Of a stretch of 64,000 nt of DNA, positions 9,005 through 18,515 are shown piece after piece; the stretch's first letter is position 1; every line of letters begins with the position of its first letter. The notes under the pieces are model-generated. The model was not told the origin of the DNA, did not search any database, and worked only from the letters and a program-made list of their open reading frames with translations. Where the stretch lies: the IMG/VR virus record IMGVR_UViG_3300034053_000029, positions 96,001 to 160,000 of that record; one strand, 5' to 3'. A program made the translations under genes and the position numbers. Source of the DNA: a virus (taxonomy: Duplodnaviria > Caudoviricetes).

Positions 9005-10029
9005 CACTCTTCTCCAAAATCTACATCATTAAACAAACTACGATGCGAAAGTTGATATTTATTCTTAATGAATTCTTGGAAATCTGCATCAGCTAGAATT
9101 GGTGCCCAAAATTCTTTATTGTTGGTGTCATCGAATCGATACTTCTTTTCTTCGCCTTTTTTAGAATACCACCCGTTTGATGGTTTAAAGCAAGCACCAG
9201 ATTCAAGAGCTTCGTCCATCAACCCACTATACTTAGCGAATCCTCCGTCGTATGTAACTAGGAACGATAGCTTTGATTTCTCTTTTACGAATCGTGACTT
9301 TTCGACGTTGATCGTAAAATTCCAACCCTTGATCCCATCTGCATCTTTCTCTTGCGACTTACCAATGATCCATACGTTGTTTGCTGCAAGCATAACTGCT
9401 TGACCACCAGAAACTACGTCTTTAGCATATAGCTCCATTGTCTTGTAAGTGTGGGCAATAATAACTCCACAAATATCCTTTGTAGTGAAGTGTGGAGTGA
9501 TGATACGAAACACGGTCTTTAGTTGCTTTTGACGAGTCATATCTTGTGCATCTTTACCTGCTAGTGCATCTTCTGCTTCCTTCTTAGAAGCAAGCAATCC
9601 AATGGAATCGATGAAGACGAAAACACGATCACCACGAGTAATTGCTTCCATCTTCTTAGCAATGTCAAACTTCAACTGCTCGATATCTTCGATTGGAATA
9701 TGCACAACACGTTCTGCAGGAATGCCCATAGCAGTAACATATTCTGGTGTCACACCAAACTCTGTATCGTAAAACAACGCTACTGCCTCCGGATACTTCT
9801 TCAAGTATGCCTTCATCTGAAGCAACCCAAGTAGTGACTTAAATCGCTTAGACTCACCTGCGATAATACTCAAACCACTAGTCATTCCACCATCAAGTTT
9901 GCCGCTTAAAGCAACGTTGATAATTGGGATTTCCGTTGGGATCATATCCTTATCATTGAATATGATACTTTCATCTAGCGTACTAGTTTTGGCGATACCA
10001 ACCGACTTCAACTTTTCTAATAAACTCAT
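9004..10029 (-). CDS. uvsX: RecA-like recombinase UvsX
   Basis: GESKRFKS, FYDTEFG, FIDSIG, SGGQ, VEKSRFVKEK. Confidence 0.97.
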   Translation of the reverse strand: MSLLEKLKSVGIAKTSTLDESIIFNDKDMIPTEIPIINVALSGKLDGGMTSGLSIIAGESKRFKSLLGLLQMKAYLKKYPEAVALFYDTEFGVTPEYVTAMGIPAERVVHIPIEDIEQLKFDIAKKMEAITRGDRVFVFIDSIGLLASKKEAEDALAGKDAQDMTRQKQLKTVFRIITPHFTTKDICGVIIAHTYKTMELYAKDVVSGGQAVMLAANNVWIIGKSQEKDADGIKGWNFTINVEKSRFVKEKSKLSFLVTYDGGFAKYSGLMDEALESGACFKPSNGWYSKKGEEKKYRFDDTNNKEFWAPILADADFQEFIKNKYQLSHRSLFNDVDFGEE

Positions 10030-10038
10030 ATTATCTCC

Positions 10039-10401
10039 TTACCAAAATACAGATTTCTTTTTATTAATCTTCATGACTTCTTCAAGATCAAAAGATTTGG
10101 TATTTGTATCACCATCATAAACATCTACTTGTTTCGCAATCTTCTCATACATACTTGCAATAGAGGTTGCTGTCACTCGAATTGCATCCTTTGGCTTATC
10201 GAAACTGGAATCTAAGAAAATCGTAATGGCTTTTTGATTTTCAATTTCTTCAGGCAAATCTTCTCCATTATCCAATATATAAGTTATCGCAGGTTGATAT
10301 CCTTTTTCAATCTTATATAAATCCAATTTCACCATGTGCGTACCAAACACAGTCCAATTTTGAATACCTTCTGGTTTTGGTACTTGTTTCTTAGTTACCA
10401 T
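10039..10401 (-). CDS. Hypothetical protein
   Basis: 120 aa with GGAG RBS. Confidence 0.7.
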   Translation of the reverse strand: MVTKKQVPKPEGIQNWTVFGTHMVKLDLYKIEKGYQPAITYILDNGEDLPEEIENQKAITIFLDSSFDKPKDAIRVTATSIASMYEKIAKQVDVYDGDTNTKSFDLEEVMKINKKKSVFW

Positions 10402-10409
10402 AATATCTC

Positions 10410-12938
10410 CTAAACAAAAAAATCATCTAATGATGATGCTCTAATAATATCCCACTTGATCGCATCTGTGATACTTTTAATTGGTGACATGAACACCTTC
10501 TCGAACATGATATCATAATCGATGTACTGATGCAAGTTCAATTCCTTTGGAAATTTTGATGCGGCAGGAAATGCAATTCCAACTCCCTTTGTTGGGTTCA
10601 CTTCTCTCAAATAAAAGAATCGAATCTTATCACCATTCTTGATGTTGTCAAGATTCCTAAACTTCTTTATACGCCTATTGTAACTCAATGCTGCCTTAAC
10701 GTGGAATGGAGTACCGGACTTAAACGAATCTCCATCTTGCCACTTCGTTAGGTTTGAAACTGATCTAGGAAATGCAATATCTTCGATTGGTAAGGTCTGA
10801 AACTCCTTTCGAAAGTCCTCTATGAAGTCATACAAGGCATCTTCACCTTTTTCAAAAATAACAACCACCGCATCCTTGAGTTTCTTTCTAACAAACTTTG
10901 GAGTGGACGATTTAACCAAGTCAAGCCCCAATGTCTTTAACTTGTATGGATTGTAATCCACTCCCTCAGAATTGTGAACCATCATAGAGTATCGTTTCTT
11001 TGCAGTCCAGAACCCCTTTGACGCAATCGACTCTCTCTTCATATCCATAAGAAAGTCATACGCATTTGTCATATCAAAGATATGCTTGATTGACTTATTG
11101 ATCACCGGTTGGATTGCTCTTTCAACGAACTCATCAATAAATTTAACAATCTCAGGTATTGATTTCCCCTTACAATAAGTATCGACTAAAGGCTCAACGG
11201 TAAAGTATGCGGAATCGGTATCACAAGCAATCACATAATCCTTACCATCGGTCTTGAAAATCTTATTCAAAATCTTATTCAAGACCGATTCTACATGCTT
11301 GTCTGAAAGCTGACCAGTTAATGTAATCGCTTCACCAATACGAAGGTCGTAGTATCGGAATGAACTTTGCGTAATGGCACCATATCCAGAGTTACCACCT
11401 ACTTTTAGTGCAAGTTGCCTAGTTTCTAGGCTTGCGATTTTTTGTTTTAGCGATTCATCATGAGTAGTTTGATACTCTTGATCTAACTTCAACATTTCCT
11501 TCTTGGCCTTTTTTCTTTCAACCATAAGGAATTCCATCAATTCTGGAAAGATTCCTTTCTTGTCTTTTCGATACATAGTACCATTTGAGGTCATGGTTAG
11601 CTCATGATCTTTGATATACTCAGGCCAAATAAACCCATCAATTGTATTTGGTGCGTTCTTATCAAAATTGAGTAAGTCATTCACCCCAAGATTAAACTTC
11701 ATCTCATGCATAGTTTCTGGAGAGATGTTCCACTGGCGAATAATGGTTGGGTACAGACTACTAAAGTCGACCGAAACAATCCATTTATACATATTGGGTA
11801 CTGGTTCTTTCACCCACGCACCTTCAAAACTTTCGTCTGAAGTTACATTCTTTCTTGGTGGAACCGCAATCTTCTTTTTCATCAAATGGTGGAACACGAA
11901 TACGTCCCACATTTTAACAGGCCCGAATACGTCCTTGAAATTACATTTGACCAAGAATGCTAGATCGACAATCAACTCAATCAAATTCTTTTTGTCGTTG
12001 ATTTCTTTTACTAGTTGAGAGTCAAGAGCATTATATCGAACCATCTTGTCAAAATGATTTGTGTATGCGTCATGAAATGACCTTGCTTCCTCAATTTCTA
12101 ATTTGGTTTTGTCCAATTCTTCTTGAGCGATAAACCCAAGAGCATAAGATTCCTTTGCTGAGTATGTTCCAAACTTTTTATACGCATCAAGTAAGTCAAT
12201 TAAATTTATTCCGACGATATCATACGTCTGAACATTCTTCCCCTGAATTTCAGTATTTCTCTCTTGGACAACCCCAAATGGCGAAAGCATCTTAACATAC
12301 TTCTCATCAAGTATATTTTTGATGCGATTAATTAAATATGGAAAGTCGAAGGCCGCAGTATTCCATCCGGAGATAATGTCTGGATAAGTTGATTGCCAAT
12401 CATGAATGAATGCGATGAGAAGGTCTTTCTCACTTGAGAATTGGCGATATGTAAAATTATCTTCTGGTGCGGAGTTATATTTCTTCAACCCATATACACT
12501 AATTTTACTAGTGACCTTATCCATGATAGAAATAAGGACAATTGGTATAGCAGCAATTTGTGGATCGGGAAACGCATCCATTTCTTCACCAACGACCTCA
12601 ATATCAATAAACCATGTTCGCATTTGATTAATATCATATTGAACATCTGTTGGGTGCTTTTCTGCAATAAATTGATACTGGTAGTCCTGCATACCATGCA
12701 CTTCAAATCCCGCCACATCAGAATGCGTTTTGCAAAATTCTTTGGCATCCTTAATACCATCAAAGGAAAAAGGTTCTAGTTGATCACCATATAATGATGA
12801 CCAACCAGAATTTGCTTTTGGTGATGATACGAAAAGTGTAGGCTTGAATGGAATTTTGGTGTGGATATGCTTACCGTTTCTTATGCCGCTATAAAGAATA
12901 TTATCACCACGACATACTACATTTGTATAAAATTCCAT
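10410..12938 (-). CDS. gp43: Family B DNA polymerase (T4 gp43)
   Basis: Exo DIEV/GWN..FD; DFSSLYP, K..NS.YG, CDTDS, KKRY. Confidence 0.98.
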   Translation of the reverse strand: MEFYTNVVCRGDNILYSGIRNGKHIHTKIPFKPTLFVSSPKANSGWSSLYGDQLEPFSFDGIKDAKEFCKTHSDVAGFEVHGMQDYQYQFIAEKHPTDVQYDINQMRTWFIDIEVVGEEMDAFPDPQIAAIPIVLISIMDKVTSKISVYGLKKYNSAPEDNFTYRQFSSEKDLLIAFIHDWQSTYPDIISGWNTAAFDFPYLINRIKNILDEKYVKMLSPFGVVQERNTEIQGKNVQTYDIVGINLIDLLDAYKKFGTYSAKESYALGFIAQEELDKTKLEIEEARSFHDAYTNHFDKMVRYNALDSQLVKEINDKKNLIELIVDLAFLVKCNFKDVFGPVKMWDVFVFHHLMKKKIAVPPRKNVTSDESFEGAWVKEPVPNMYKWIVSVDFSSLYPTIIRQWNISPETMHEMKFNLGVNDLLNFDKNAPNTIDGFIWPEYIKDHELTMTSNGTMYRKDKKGIFPELMEFLMVERKKAKKEMLKLDQEYQTTHDESLKQKIASLETRQLALKVGGNSGYGAITQSSFRYYDLRIGEAITLTGQLSDKHVESVLNKILNKIFKTDGKDYVIACDTDSAYFTVEPLVDTYCKGKSIPEIVKFIDEFVERAIQPVINKSIKHIFDMTNAYDFLMDMKRESIASKGFWTAKKRYSMMVHNSEGVDYNPYKLKTLGLDLVKSSTPKFVRKKLKDAVVVIFEKGEDALYDFIEDFRKEFQTLPIEDIAFPRSVSNLTKWQDGDSFKSGTPFHVKAALSYNRRIKKFRNLDNIKNGDKIRFFYLREVNPTKGVGIAFPAASKFPKELNLHQYIDYDIMFEKVFMSPIKSITDAIKWDIIRASSLDDFFV

Positions 12939-12946
12939 ATAACTCC

Positions 12947-14287
12947 TTATTTGATCAACGATTCAAATTGATCCTTAATCTGTTGCAGCGAATCTGCAAC
13001 GTGTTTGTCCTCACGAATTTCTGCACAACGTGGCAGAAACATCGACCATGTAGTTTTGTTGCCGGTAGGTTTCATCAAACTGTTACCAGTCACTGCCATG
13101 ATCTTACCACATATGGTATCCCAATCATTGAAGATTTGCAACCTCTCGTCATCAGTAAAGCCAGAAACATTCACTTCAAGCAATCCATCGGATGAACGAC
13201 ACAGAATAGAACCGAATGTAGCCTCATTCTTGCCCTTGCCTTCGTTTAAAGAAACGATCTCAAGGTCGATGGTCGCCTCCAATTTAAATTTAATCTGATC
13301 CTTGCTAGTGGTGTCCTTCCATACGCCGGTCTTGGTCTTGATGATGGTTCCTTCCTTACCTTCCTCAAGCATTTCTTGATAGTGCTGAAGTGCATCTTCG
13401 TATGATTTCACAATACGAAATGGGATCACTCGAATAGAATCTTGAATTCCTAGATTGGTGACTTGTCCTTGTAACAAGTCAAAACGGACGCTGTATTCGG
13501 TTTTGTACTCTAAGCCGGACATAGCATTCTCAAGCGGAATCTGATCCCAAACTACATACACGGCACGTTGATTCTTGTTCTTGAAGTCGCCACCTTTAGC
13601 GATTGAATTCATTATACCATTGCCAATTTCACGAGGCAATACCTTACCATTTTCCTCGACCATGAGTTCTCCATGAGTACGAGTGTTTTTTGTCAGCATC
13701 TGCTTTGCAGCAGCAACGATATTATTTAATTTATCGTTTGGAATCGCAGTCCCACTACGAGAAGTGATAACAATTTCACCATCCTGATACACATCAAGAT
13801 TGGCAAACATGGCATCTGCTTTCTCTTGACTATATATGCCCTTACTCCAATCCCACTTGTCGAGCTTAACCGCTTTTGGTAGGGCACAACGCATATAGCT
13901 AAATTCGGGGATAATCCCCTTCCAAATTTTATTTGCGGTGCTGCTATGAACCCCGCACTTCAGATCACGATCAATGATACGAGAAACTACTTCGGCATCT
14001 TGTGATGCAACGGATGACAGGATATGCTCAAGGTGGTCTATAGCCGCATTACCGGTCACTTTACGACTAGCAATGTCACCAAGCATAGTGATTGCATCAT
14101 CTAGCGAATACAGGATTTCATCAGTCGAATACTCAGGTATTTTCTTGATCCAATAGTTGATCGTTGGGTCAAGTGCGGCCTTACACACACGCTGCAATAG
14201 AACATTCCCCTTCTCCCTCTGGAGAATCGCTTCCTTGGCTAGTCTCGACGGGTCGTTGCTCAATTCGTTCAGCAGATGTATCATCAT
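12947..14287 (-). CDS. gp30: ATP-dependent DNA ligase (T4 gp30-like)
   Basis: QEKADAM active-site K motif, GELMV, EGTIIK, KFK, OB-domain FLPR. Confidence 0.95.
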   Translation of the reverse strand: MMIHLLNELSNDPSRLAKEAILQREKGNVLLQRVCKAALDPTINYWIKKIPEYSTDEILYSLDDAITMLGDIASRKVTGNAAIDHLEHILSSVASQDAEVVSRIIDRDLKCGVHSSTANKIWKGIIPEFSYMRCALPKAVKLDKWDWSKGIYSQEKADAMFANLDVYQDGEIVITSRSGTAIPNDKLNNIVAAAKQMLTKNTRTHGELMVEENGKVLPREIGNGIMNSIAKGGDFKNKNQRAVYVVWDQIPLENAMSGLEYKTEYSVRFDLLQGQVTNLGIQDSIRVIPFRIVKSYEDALQHYQEMLEEGKEGTIIKTKTGVWKDTTSKDQIKFKLEATIDLEIVSLNEGKGKNEATFGSILCRSSDGLLEVNVSGFTDDERLQIFNDWDTICGKIMAVTGNSLMKPTGNKTTWSMFLPRCAEIREDKHVADSLQQIKDQFESLIK

Positions 14288-14405
14288 TATCTTTTTCCTT
14301 CTTCGTTTGTTTTGTGTCTTCTCTACTTTTGCGACTGTGTGCTAGGTATCGGTCTAAATCTTCTTCCGTACTAGCGATGAATTTGCCTTTGACTAGTGAT
14401 GCCAA
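14181..14405 (-). CDS. Small hypothetical protein overlapping the ligase 5' end
   Basis: AAGGAGG RBS with TTG start, downstream of an early promoter; 107-nt overlap with ligase. Confidence 0.5.
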   Translation of the reverse strand: MASLVKGKFIASTEEDLDRYLAHSRKSREDTKQTKKEKDNDDTSAERIEQRPVETSQGSDSPEGEGECSIAACV

Positions 14406-14436
14406 AATACCTCCTTATGTCGCAGTTGATGGACGT

Positions 14437-14464
14437 ATTATAAACGAACGATTCTGGAAGTCAA
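14437..14464 (-). promoter_or_regulatory. Early (sigma70-type) promoter TTGACT-16-TATAAT
   Basis: Minus strand ttgTTGACTtccagaatcgttcgttTATAAT. Confidence 0.7.
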
Positions 14465-14477
14465 CAAATTTCGTAAG

Positions 14478-14582
14478 TCATTGATTCTCATCAAGAACTT
14501 TAACCATCTTTCGGGTAAGATCAATCAGGTTAGGGGCAAGGACAATGATTGTAAGGCAGATGATAATGGTGGAATCAAACAT
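14478..14582 (-). CDS. 34-aa membrane peptide
   Basis: Not in the track. MFDSTIIICLTIIVLAPNLIDLTRKMVKVLDENQ; AGGAGA RBS. Confidence 0.6.
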   Translation of the reverse strand: MFDSTIIICLTIIVLAPNLIDLTRKMVKVLDENQ

Positions 14583-14606
14583 TTCGTTCTCCTAAGTGAG
14601 ATACGA

Positions 14607-14634
14607 ATTCTACACTACTTAGATTTTAAGTCAA
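14607..14634 (-). promoter_or_regulatory. Early (sigma70-type) promoter TTGACT-16-TAGAAT
   Basis: Same ttgTTGACT-16 architecture as 14437-14464. Confidence 0.65.
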
Positions 14635-14657
14635 CAACAATATGTAAGTGTTTGATT

Positions 14658-14849
14658 TTATAGATTTTCTGATTGAAGAACTAGGTACTCTATCCAATCC
14701 CTTGCAGAATTTTCCGAATAGAAGAATTGTATCTGTGACCACATCATAGCCTCATTATATGCAAATACCATAATGTAATGTTTTGGATTTAAGGATACTT
14801 TGAATATCCATTCTTTACGTCGTACTGCATTCAAGTGAACTATTTTCAT
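14658..14849 (-). CDS. Conserved small phage protein
   Basis: 63 aa; VRRKEWIFKVS...FFYSENSARDWIEYL. Confidence 0.6.
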   Translation of the reverse strand: MKIVHLNAVRRKEWIFKVSLNPKHYIMVFAYNEAMMWSQIQFFYSENSARDWIEYLVLQSENL

Positions 14850-14850
14850 C

Positions 14851-14875
14851 AGTGAATATGCCTAAAAGATAAATA
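14851..14875 (+). promoter_or_regulatory. Late promoter GATAAATA with upstream AGTGAA element
   Basis: AGTGAA-N12-ATAAATA upstream of the endonuclease ATG at 14904. Confidence 0.65.
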
Positions 14876-14903
14876 CTTAATATAGTCAAAATTGGAGATA
14901 ATC

Positions 14904-15878
14904 ATGGACAGAACACCATACACATATTTAGTAGGTTGGTCAAATTTAAATAAATGGTATTACGGCAGAAGGACTGCGAAAGGGTGTAGTCCATCCGATT
15001 TATGGGTAAAATATTTCACAAGTTCAAAAGAAGTTATTAAATTTAGAGAATTAAATGGCGAACCTGATGTAATAGAGATAAGAAAAGTATTTTCAAATGC
15101 AGATTCATGTAAAAAGTGGGAATCTAAAGTTTTACGAAGAATAGACGCTCAACATAATGAATCATTCTTGAATAAAAAGAACGGCGATGAAAATTGGGAC
15201 ACTACTGGAAGAACCGATTTGGGAAAATATGAAAGAACGGAAGAGATCAGACTTTCTATGAGTAAATTTAGACTTGGTAAGGCGAACGCATTTAATAGTA
15301 TAACAGGAGAATTTATAGGATTAATAAGCACATCAGACCCAAGATGGGAAACCGGAGAAATATATGGAAATACCAAGAATATGAGACACTCAGAAACATC
15401 AAAACAAAAAATGTCTAATCATAGACTTGGTGTGAAAATGCCAAATGGATTTGGGGATAAAATATCAAATGCTTTGTCGGGGAAACCAAAAACGGAAGAA
15501 CACAAAAATAAAATGAAAGAATCTAGATTGAGACTGATTGAATCTGGATGGTCATATTCTCACACAGAAGACACGAAAGAAAAATTAAGAAAGCCAAATA
15601 ATAAAAACAAAGGACTTGCTGCCGCCAAAGACGCAAAAACTGGAGAATTATTAGGCAAAATTAAAATTGATGATCCAAGATGGGAAACCGGAGAGATTGT
15701 AGGGGTATTGAAAGGAATACCATCTACAAATAGTTCTTCATTCAAAAAGAACTCAGCATCAGCAAAAACTAACACCGGAATCCCACTTGGAAATGTTTCT
15801 TTAGATGATCCAAGATGGGAAACCGGAGAGATTGTAGGAATACGAAAAGTTATTCAGTCAACATCTGTTTCTGAGTAA
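14904..15878 (+). CDS. GIY-YIG (Seg-like) homing endonuclease with NUMOD3 and three DPRWETGE repeats
   Basis: PYTYLVGW...YYG.R..KYFTSS...E...LNK; HSETSKQKMS/HTEDTKEKL; GGAG RBS before ATG 14904. Confidence 0.85.
   Translation: MDRTPYTYLVGWSNLNKWYYGRRTAKGCSPSDLWVKYFTSSKEVIKFRELNGEPDVIEIRKVFSNADSCKKWESKVLRRIDAQHNESFLNKKNGDENWDTTGRTDLGKYERTEEIRLSMSKFRLGKANAFNSITGEFIGLISTSDPRWETGEIYGNTKNMRHSETSKQKMSNHRLGVKMPNGFGDKISNALSGKPKTEEHKNKMKESRLRLIESGWSYSHTEDTKEKLRKPNNKNKGLAAAKDAKTGELLGKIKIDDPRWETGEIVGVLKGIPSTNSSSFKKNSASAKTNTGIPLGNVSLDDPRWETGEIVGIRKVIQSTSVSE
15336..15838 (+). repeat. Three in-frame DPRWETGE-encoding repeats
   Basis: Identical 35-mers at 15669-15703 and 15804-15838; related copy at 15336-15358. 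Confidence 0.85.
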
Positions 15879-16311
15879 CGGAACCATCGCTAATATCTAT
15901 CTTAGTAATTTGTGATACCTTAGCAAGATTACTAAGATATATATTCAAAAGACCATTAAACATAGTGGCATTTTTAACAACAACCGTATCTGCCAAAGTA
16001 AAATTGCGCTCGAAGTTTCTCTCGGCAATACCTTTATACAAATAGTTGTTGCTAGTGTCAGGGTTTACTTCACCCTTGACAGTTAGCACACCATCTTTTG
16101 TCGTGATTTCGACATCAGATTTCCCAAAACCTGCAACTGCCATCTCGATCACGAATTTATCGTCATCGATTTTCTTGATATTATATGGAGGCCAGTTTGG
16201 AATCTTCTTCACCGTCTCCTTCGATATTTTCTCAAGATCATCAAAAAGTCGCTCGAAACCAACCCATGATGTTAGTTGTGGAAAACCTGTAAACATTTTT
16301 TCATGTTGCAT
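15850..16311 (-). CDS. hsp20: Small heat-shock protein (Hsp20/IbpA-like)
   Basis: WPPYNIKK, IEMAVAGF, YLYKGIAERNFERNFTLAD, NGLL. Confidence 0.95.
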   Translation of the reverse strand: MQHEKMFTGFPQLTSWVGFERLFDDLEKISKETVKKIPNWPPYNIKKIDDDKFVIEMAVAGFGKSDVEITTKDGVLTVKGEVNPDTSNNYLYKGIAERNFERNFTLADTVVVKNATMFNGLLNIYLSNLAKVSQITKIDISDGSVTQKQMLTE

Positions 16312-16392
16312 TTTTATCTCCTTATATTAAGCAAGATTAAATTTACGCCGACCCCAATTGGGCATCAACGATTTGGGAAACACTCCCAAATT
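16312..16392 (-). ncRNA. ROSE-like RNA thermometer in the hsp20 5' UTR
   Basis: AUCUU[G]CUU-AAUAU-AAGGAGAU hairpin buries the SD with a bulged G; two further hairpins upstream. Confidence 0.7.
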
Positions 16393-16394
16393 CT

Positions 16395-16574
16395 CTACTC
16401 AACTACTACTTGTGCTGCTTCTGGTGTTACTTGTGGTACTACTTGAGACGATCCCTGTTGCTGCAACTTACCAATAAGCGTAGATACTTGTGCATATGGT
16501 AGTTGTGCCAAGGCATTCAAAATTACATTCGCTTCATTCACGGTGACGCTTAAATTAATTTGTTGCTCACTCAT
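16395..16574 (-). CDS. Small conserved phage protein (59 aa)
   Basis: Not in the track. MSEQQINLSVTVNEANVILNALAQLPYAQVSTLIGKLQQQG; TAATG overlap with regA. Confidence 0.75.
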   Translation of the reverse strand: MSEQQINLSVTVNEANVILNALAQLPYAQVSTLIGKLQQQGSSQVVPQVTPEAAQVVVE

Positions 16575-16981
16575 TATAAATTTTCCTTTCGCTTCTTCGA
16601 ACCTACGGTATATTTAGGGACACATATCCATTCATGCTTATCTTTAAATGAAATAATTTTTATAGACGATATCGGCGCACGATTTTCTAGTATAGATTCG
16701 TTTAAGATTCTAAGCAATCCCCAATCATGAAGCAAAGACGCAATTAAATTTCTTCGGCTTATATCCTCTTCACTAATATTTGCAGTCTTACCATCCAAGA
16801 GAAAAAGTTCCTTGAACGAACAAATATAGTATTTTCCTCTCTTATGGAGAACATGACATGACTGATATAGTTTCTTCTCATTTTGATTTGCTATACCAAT
16901 CCTAGTCAACGATTCCTTAATTAGAAGAAAGTCATCAGGATGCTTTAATTCTATCGCTACACCAATATTTTCATTGTTCAT
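16574..16981 (-). CDS. regA: Translational repressor RegA
   Basis: DDFLLIKESLTRIGIA...LYQSCHVLHKRGKYYI..FKELF.LDG. Confidence 0.97.
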   Translation of the reverse strand: MNNENIGVAIELKHPDDFLLIKESLTRIGIANQNEKKLYQSCHVLHKRGKYYICSFKELFLLDGKTANISEEDISRRNLIASLLHDWGLLRILNESILENRAPISSIKIISFKDKHEWICVPKYTVGSKKRKENL

Positions 16982-17346
16982 TTCCCACCCGTATTCATCT
17001 TATCTCGAATTATTTGTATTTGTTCGTCAGACAGCATTTCAATGTATTTTGCTGCCATCCTCTTATTTATACAATAGTAATCCGAGATAATCTGAATATC
17101 TGGTGATTCGTCAACTTTTTTTAACCACTCCCCATACCTATTCCCTTTTGAAATGACATTCATATAAAAATCGTGTTGCTGCTTCCTATCTAAGAAAGGT
17201 CGCTTATTCATTTCATTCGAATAATGAACGCAATCGTAAATATACGACAGTCCTTTATTGATCACAAATGGAATGTAATCTTTACTATCTTCCCAAACAG
17301 AGTTCTTGTTAGAAAAACTCTTGATATACTCGAAAGGTTTAGCCAT
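16978..17346 (-). CDS. gp62: Clamp loader small subunit (gp62)
   Basis: PFEYIKS...PFVINKGLSY..DCV...NEMN; start at 17346 preferred. Confidence 0.9.
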   Translation of the reverse strand: MAKPFEYIKSFSNKNSVWEDSKDYIPFVINKGLSYIYDCVHYSNEMNKRPFLDRKQQHDFYMNVISKGNRYGEWLKKVDESPDIQIISDYYCINKRMAAKYIEMLSDEQIQIIRDKMNTGGK

Positions 17347-17569
17347 ACAATTCTGGTGTAATGAACACTTTAGAATTTGAAGCAACAACGATGAATCCAG
17401 AATCGATCATATGTTTGAATATCTGCCTAGCAATTTTTGGCTCCATTACTTTAGCAGGAAGTGGGTTATTGCACTCGTCCATTGCCTTTAGAAACATCAA
17501 AAAGAAATGATCAAGGTCGAACATGTCTCCCTTTTTTGTATTTTTGACAATAATTGAGAATGGGTTCAT
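17339..17569 (-). CDS. Hypothetical protein
   Basis: About 76-aa ORF between gp44 and gp62. Confidence 0.6.
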   Translation of the reverse strand: MNPFSIIVKNTKKGDMFDLDHFFLMFLKAMDECNNPLPAKVMEPKIARQIFKHMIDSGFIVVASNSKVFITPELYG

Positions 17570-18513
17570 TTCCATGTTACACCACCAACTAGAATTTCTG
17601 TCAAGAATGCTGTCATATTAATTTCCTGATCGGCAACTTGGCTTGCATAATACTGATACTGACCTATAAGGATAACAATTTCTGGAATACTCTTAGGTTC
17701 GACCTTATCAAAAATCATATCATAGAACGTTTTGAAGAACTGTACCGAATCTATATCAGAATTGGTAGAAGTCCATCGTCTAACGTCGTTAAATTTCTTC
17801 GACTTTAGCGAATCAACAAGTACGTCGAAATTGTTTTTATCCAAACTAACTAATATACCAGAATCGATCTTTCCAGTGGATGCGAACTTTTGAAGTTCAT
17901 TAAGGCAACGACGAAAATCTGGAAAATATTTCTGGATTAGTTCAATGACAACCTTCTTATCATACTCGATATTCTCATGATCCAAAATCTGCAGCACTCG
18001 TTTAGAGAACTGCATTGCAATCGCAGGTTTGTCCTTGTTTGCAATTTTGAATCCGACCACACCGCAACGAGAATGAATAGGTTCAATGATCCTTTGTGGG
18101 AAGTTACACGTTAAAATAAACGTACAGTTCTCAGAGAACGCTTCCATAGCATTTCTAAAACCAGATTGGAATGCACTCGTTAGCGCATCTGCCTCATCTA
18201 GAATAATTACCTTGCGAGATTCGGAGAATGAAGTGGTTGACGCAAATTGCGTAACCTTTGTCCTTAGAACATCGACACTATTTTCGCTAGATGCGTTTAT
18301 GATGATGTAATCGGCACCAACTTCTTCACACATTGCCCTAGCTAATGTAGTTTTTCCCGTACCTGCACTTCCATGAAAAAGTAGATTGGGGATTCTACCT
18401 TGTTCAATATATCCCCTAACCATAGCTTTAGTTGCCGCAGGTAAAATCGTATCTTCTATAGTTCTAGGTCTATACTTTTCTACAAAAAGAAATTGATTTT
18501 CGTTGTGTTTCAT
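17566..18513 (-). CDS. gp44: Clamp loader large subunit (gp44)
   Basis: VEKYRP, GSAGTGKTT, LDEAD, SRC. Confidence 0.97.
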   Translation of the reverse strand: MKHNENQFLFVEKYRPRTIEDTILPAATKAMVRGYIEQGRIPNLLFHGSAGTGKTTLARAMCEEVGADYIIINASSENSVDVLRTKVTQFASTTSFSESRKVIILDEADALTSAFQSGFRNAMEAFSENCTFILTCNFPQRIIEPIHSRCGVVGFKIANKDKPAIAMQFSKRVLQILDHENIEYDKKVVIELIQKYFPDFRRCLNELQKFASTGKIDSGILVSLDKNNFDVLVDSLKSKKFNDVRRWTSTNSDIDSVQFFKTFYDMIFDKVEPKSIPEIVILIGQYQYYASQVADQEINMTAFLTEILVGGVTWK

Positions 18514-18515
18514 AA

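Noticed and set aside
15336-15838. 35-nt direct repeats that could be read as a mini CRISPR array
   Set aside because: They are in-frame coding repeats with irregular long spacing, and no cas genes or leader are present
16371-16391. ATTTGGGA/TCCCAAAT hairpin as a terminator
   Set aside because: No U-tract follows on either strand; it fits better as an upstream hairpin of the hsp20 leader
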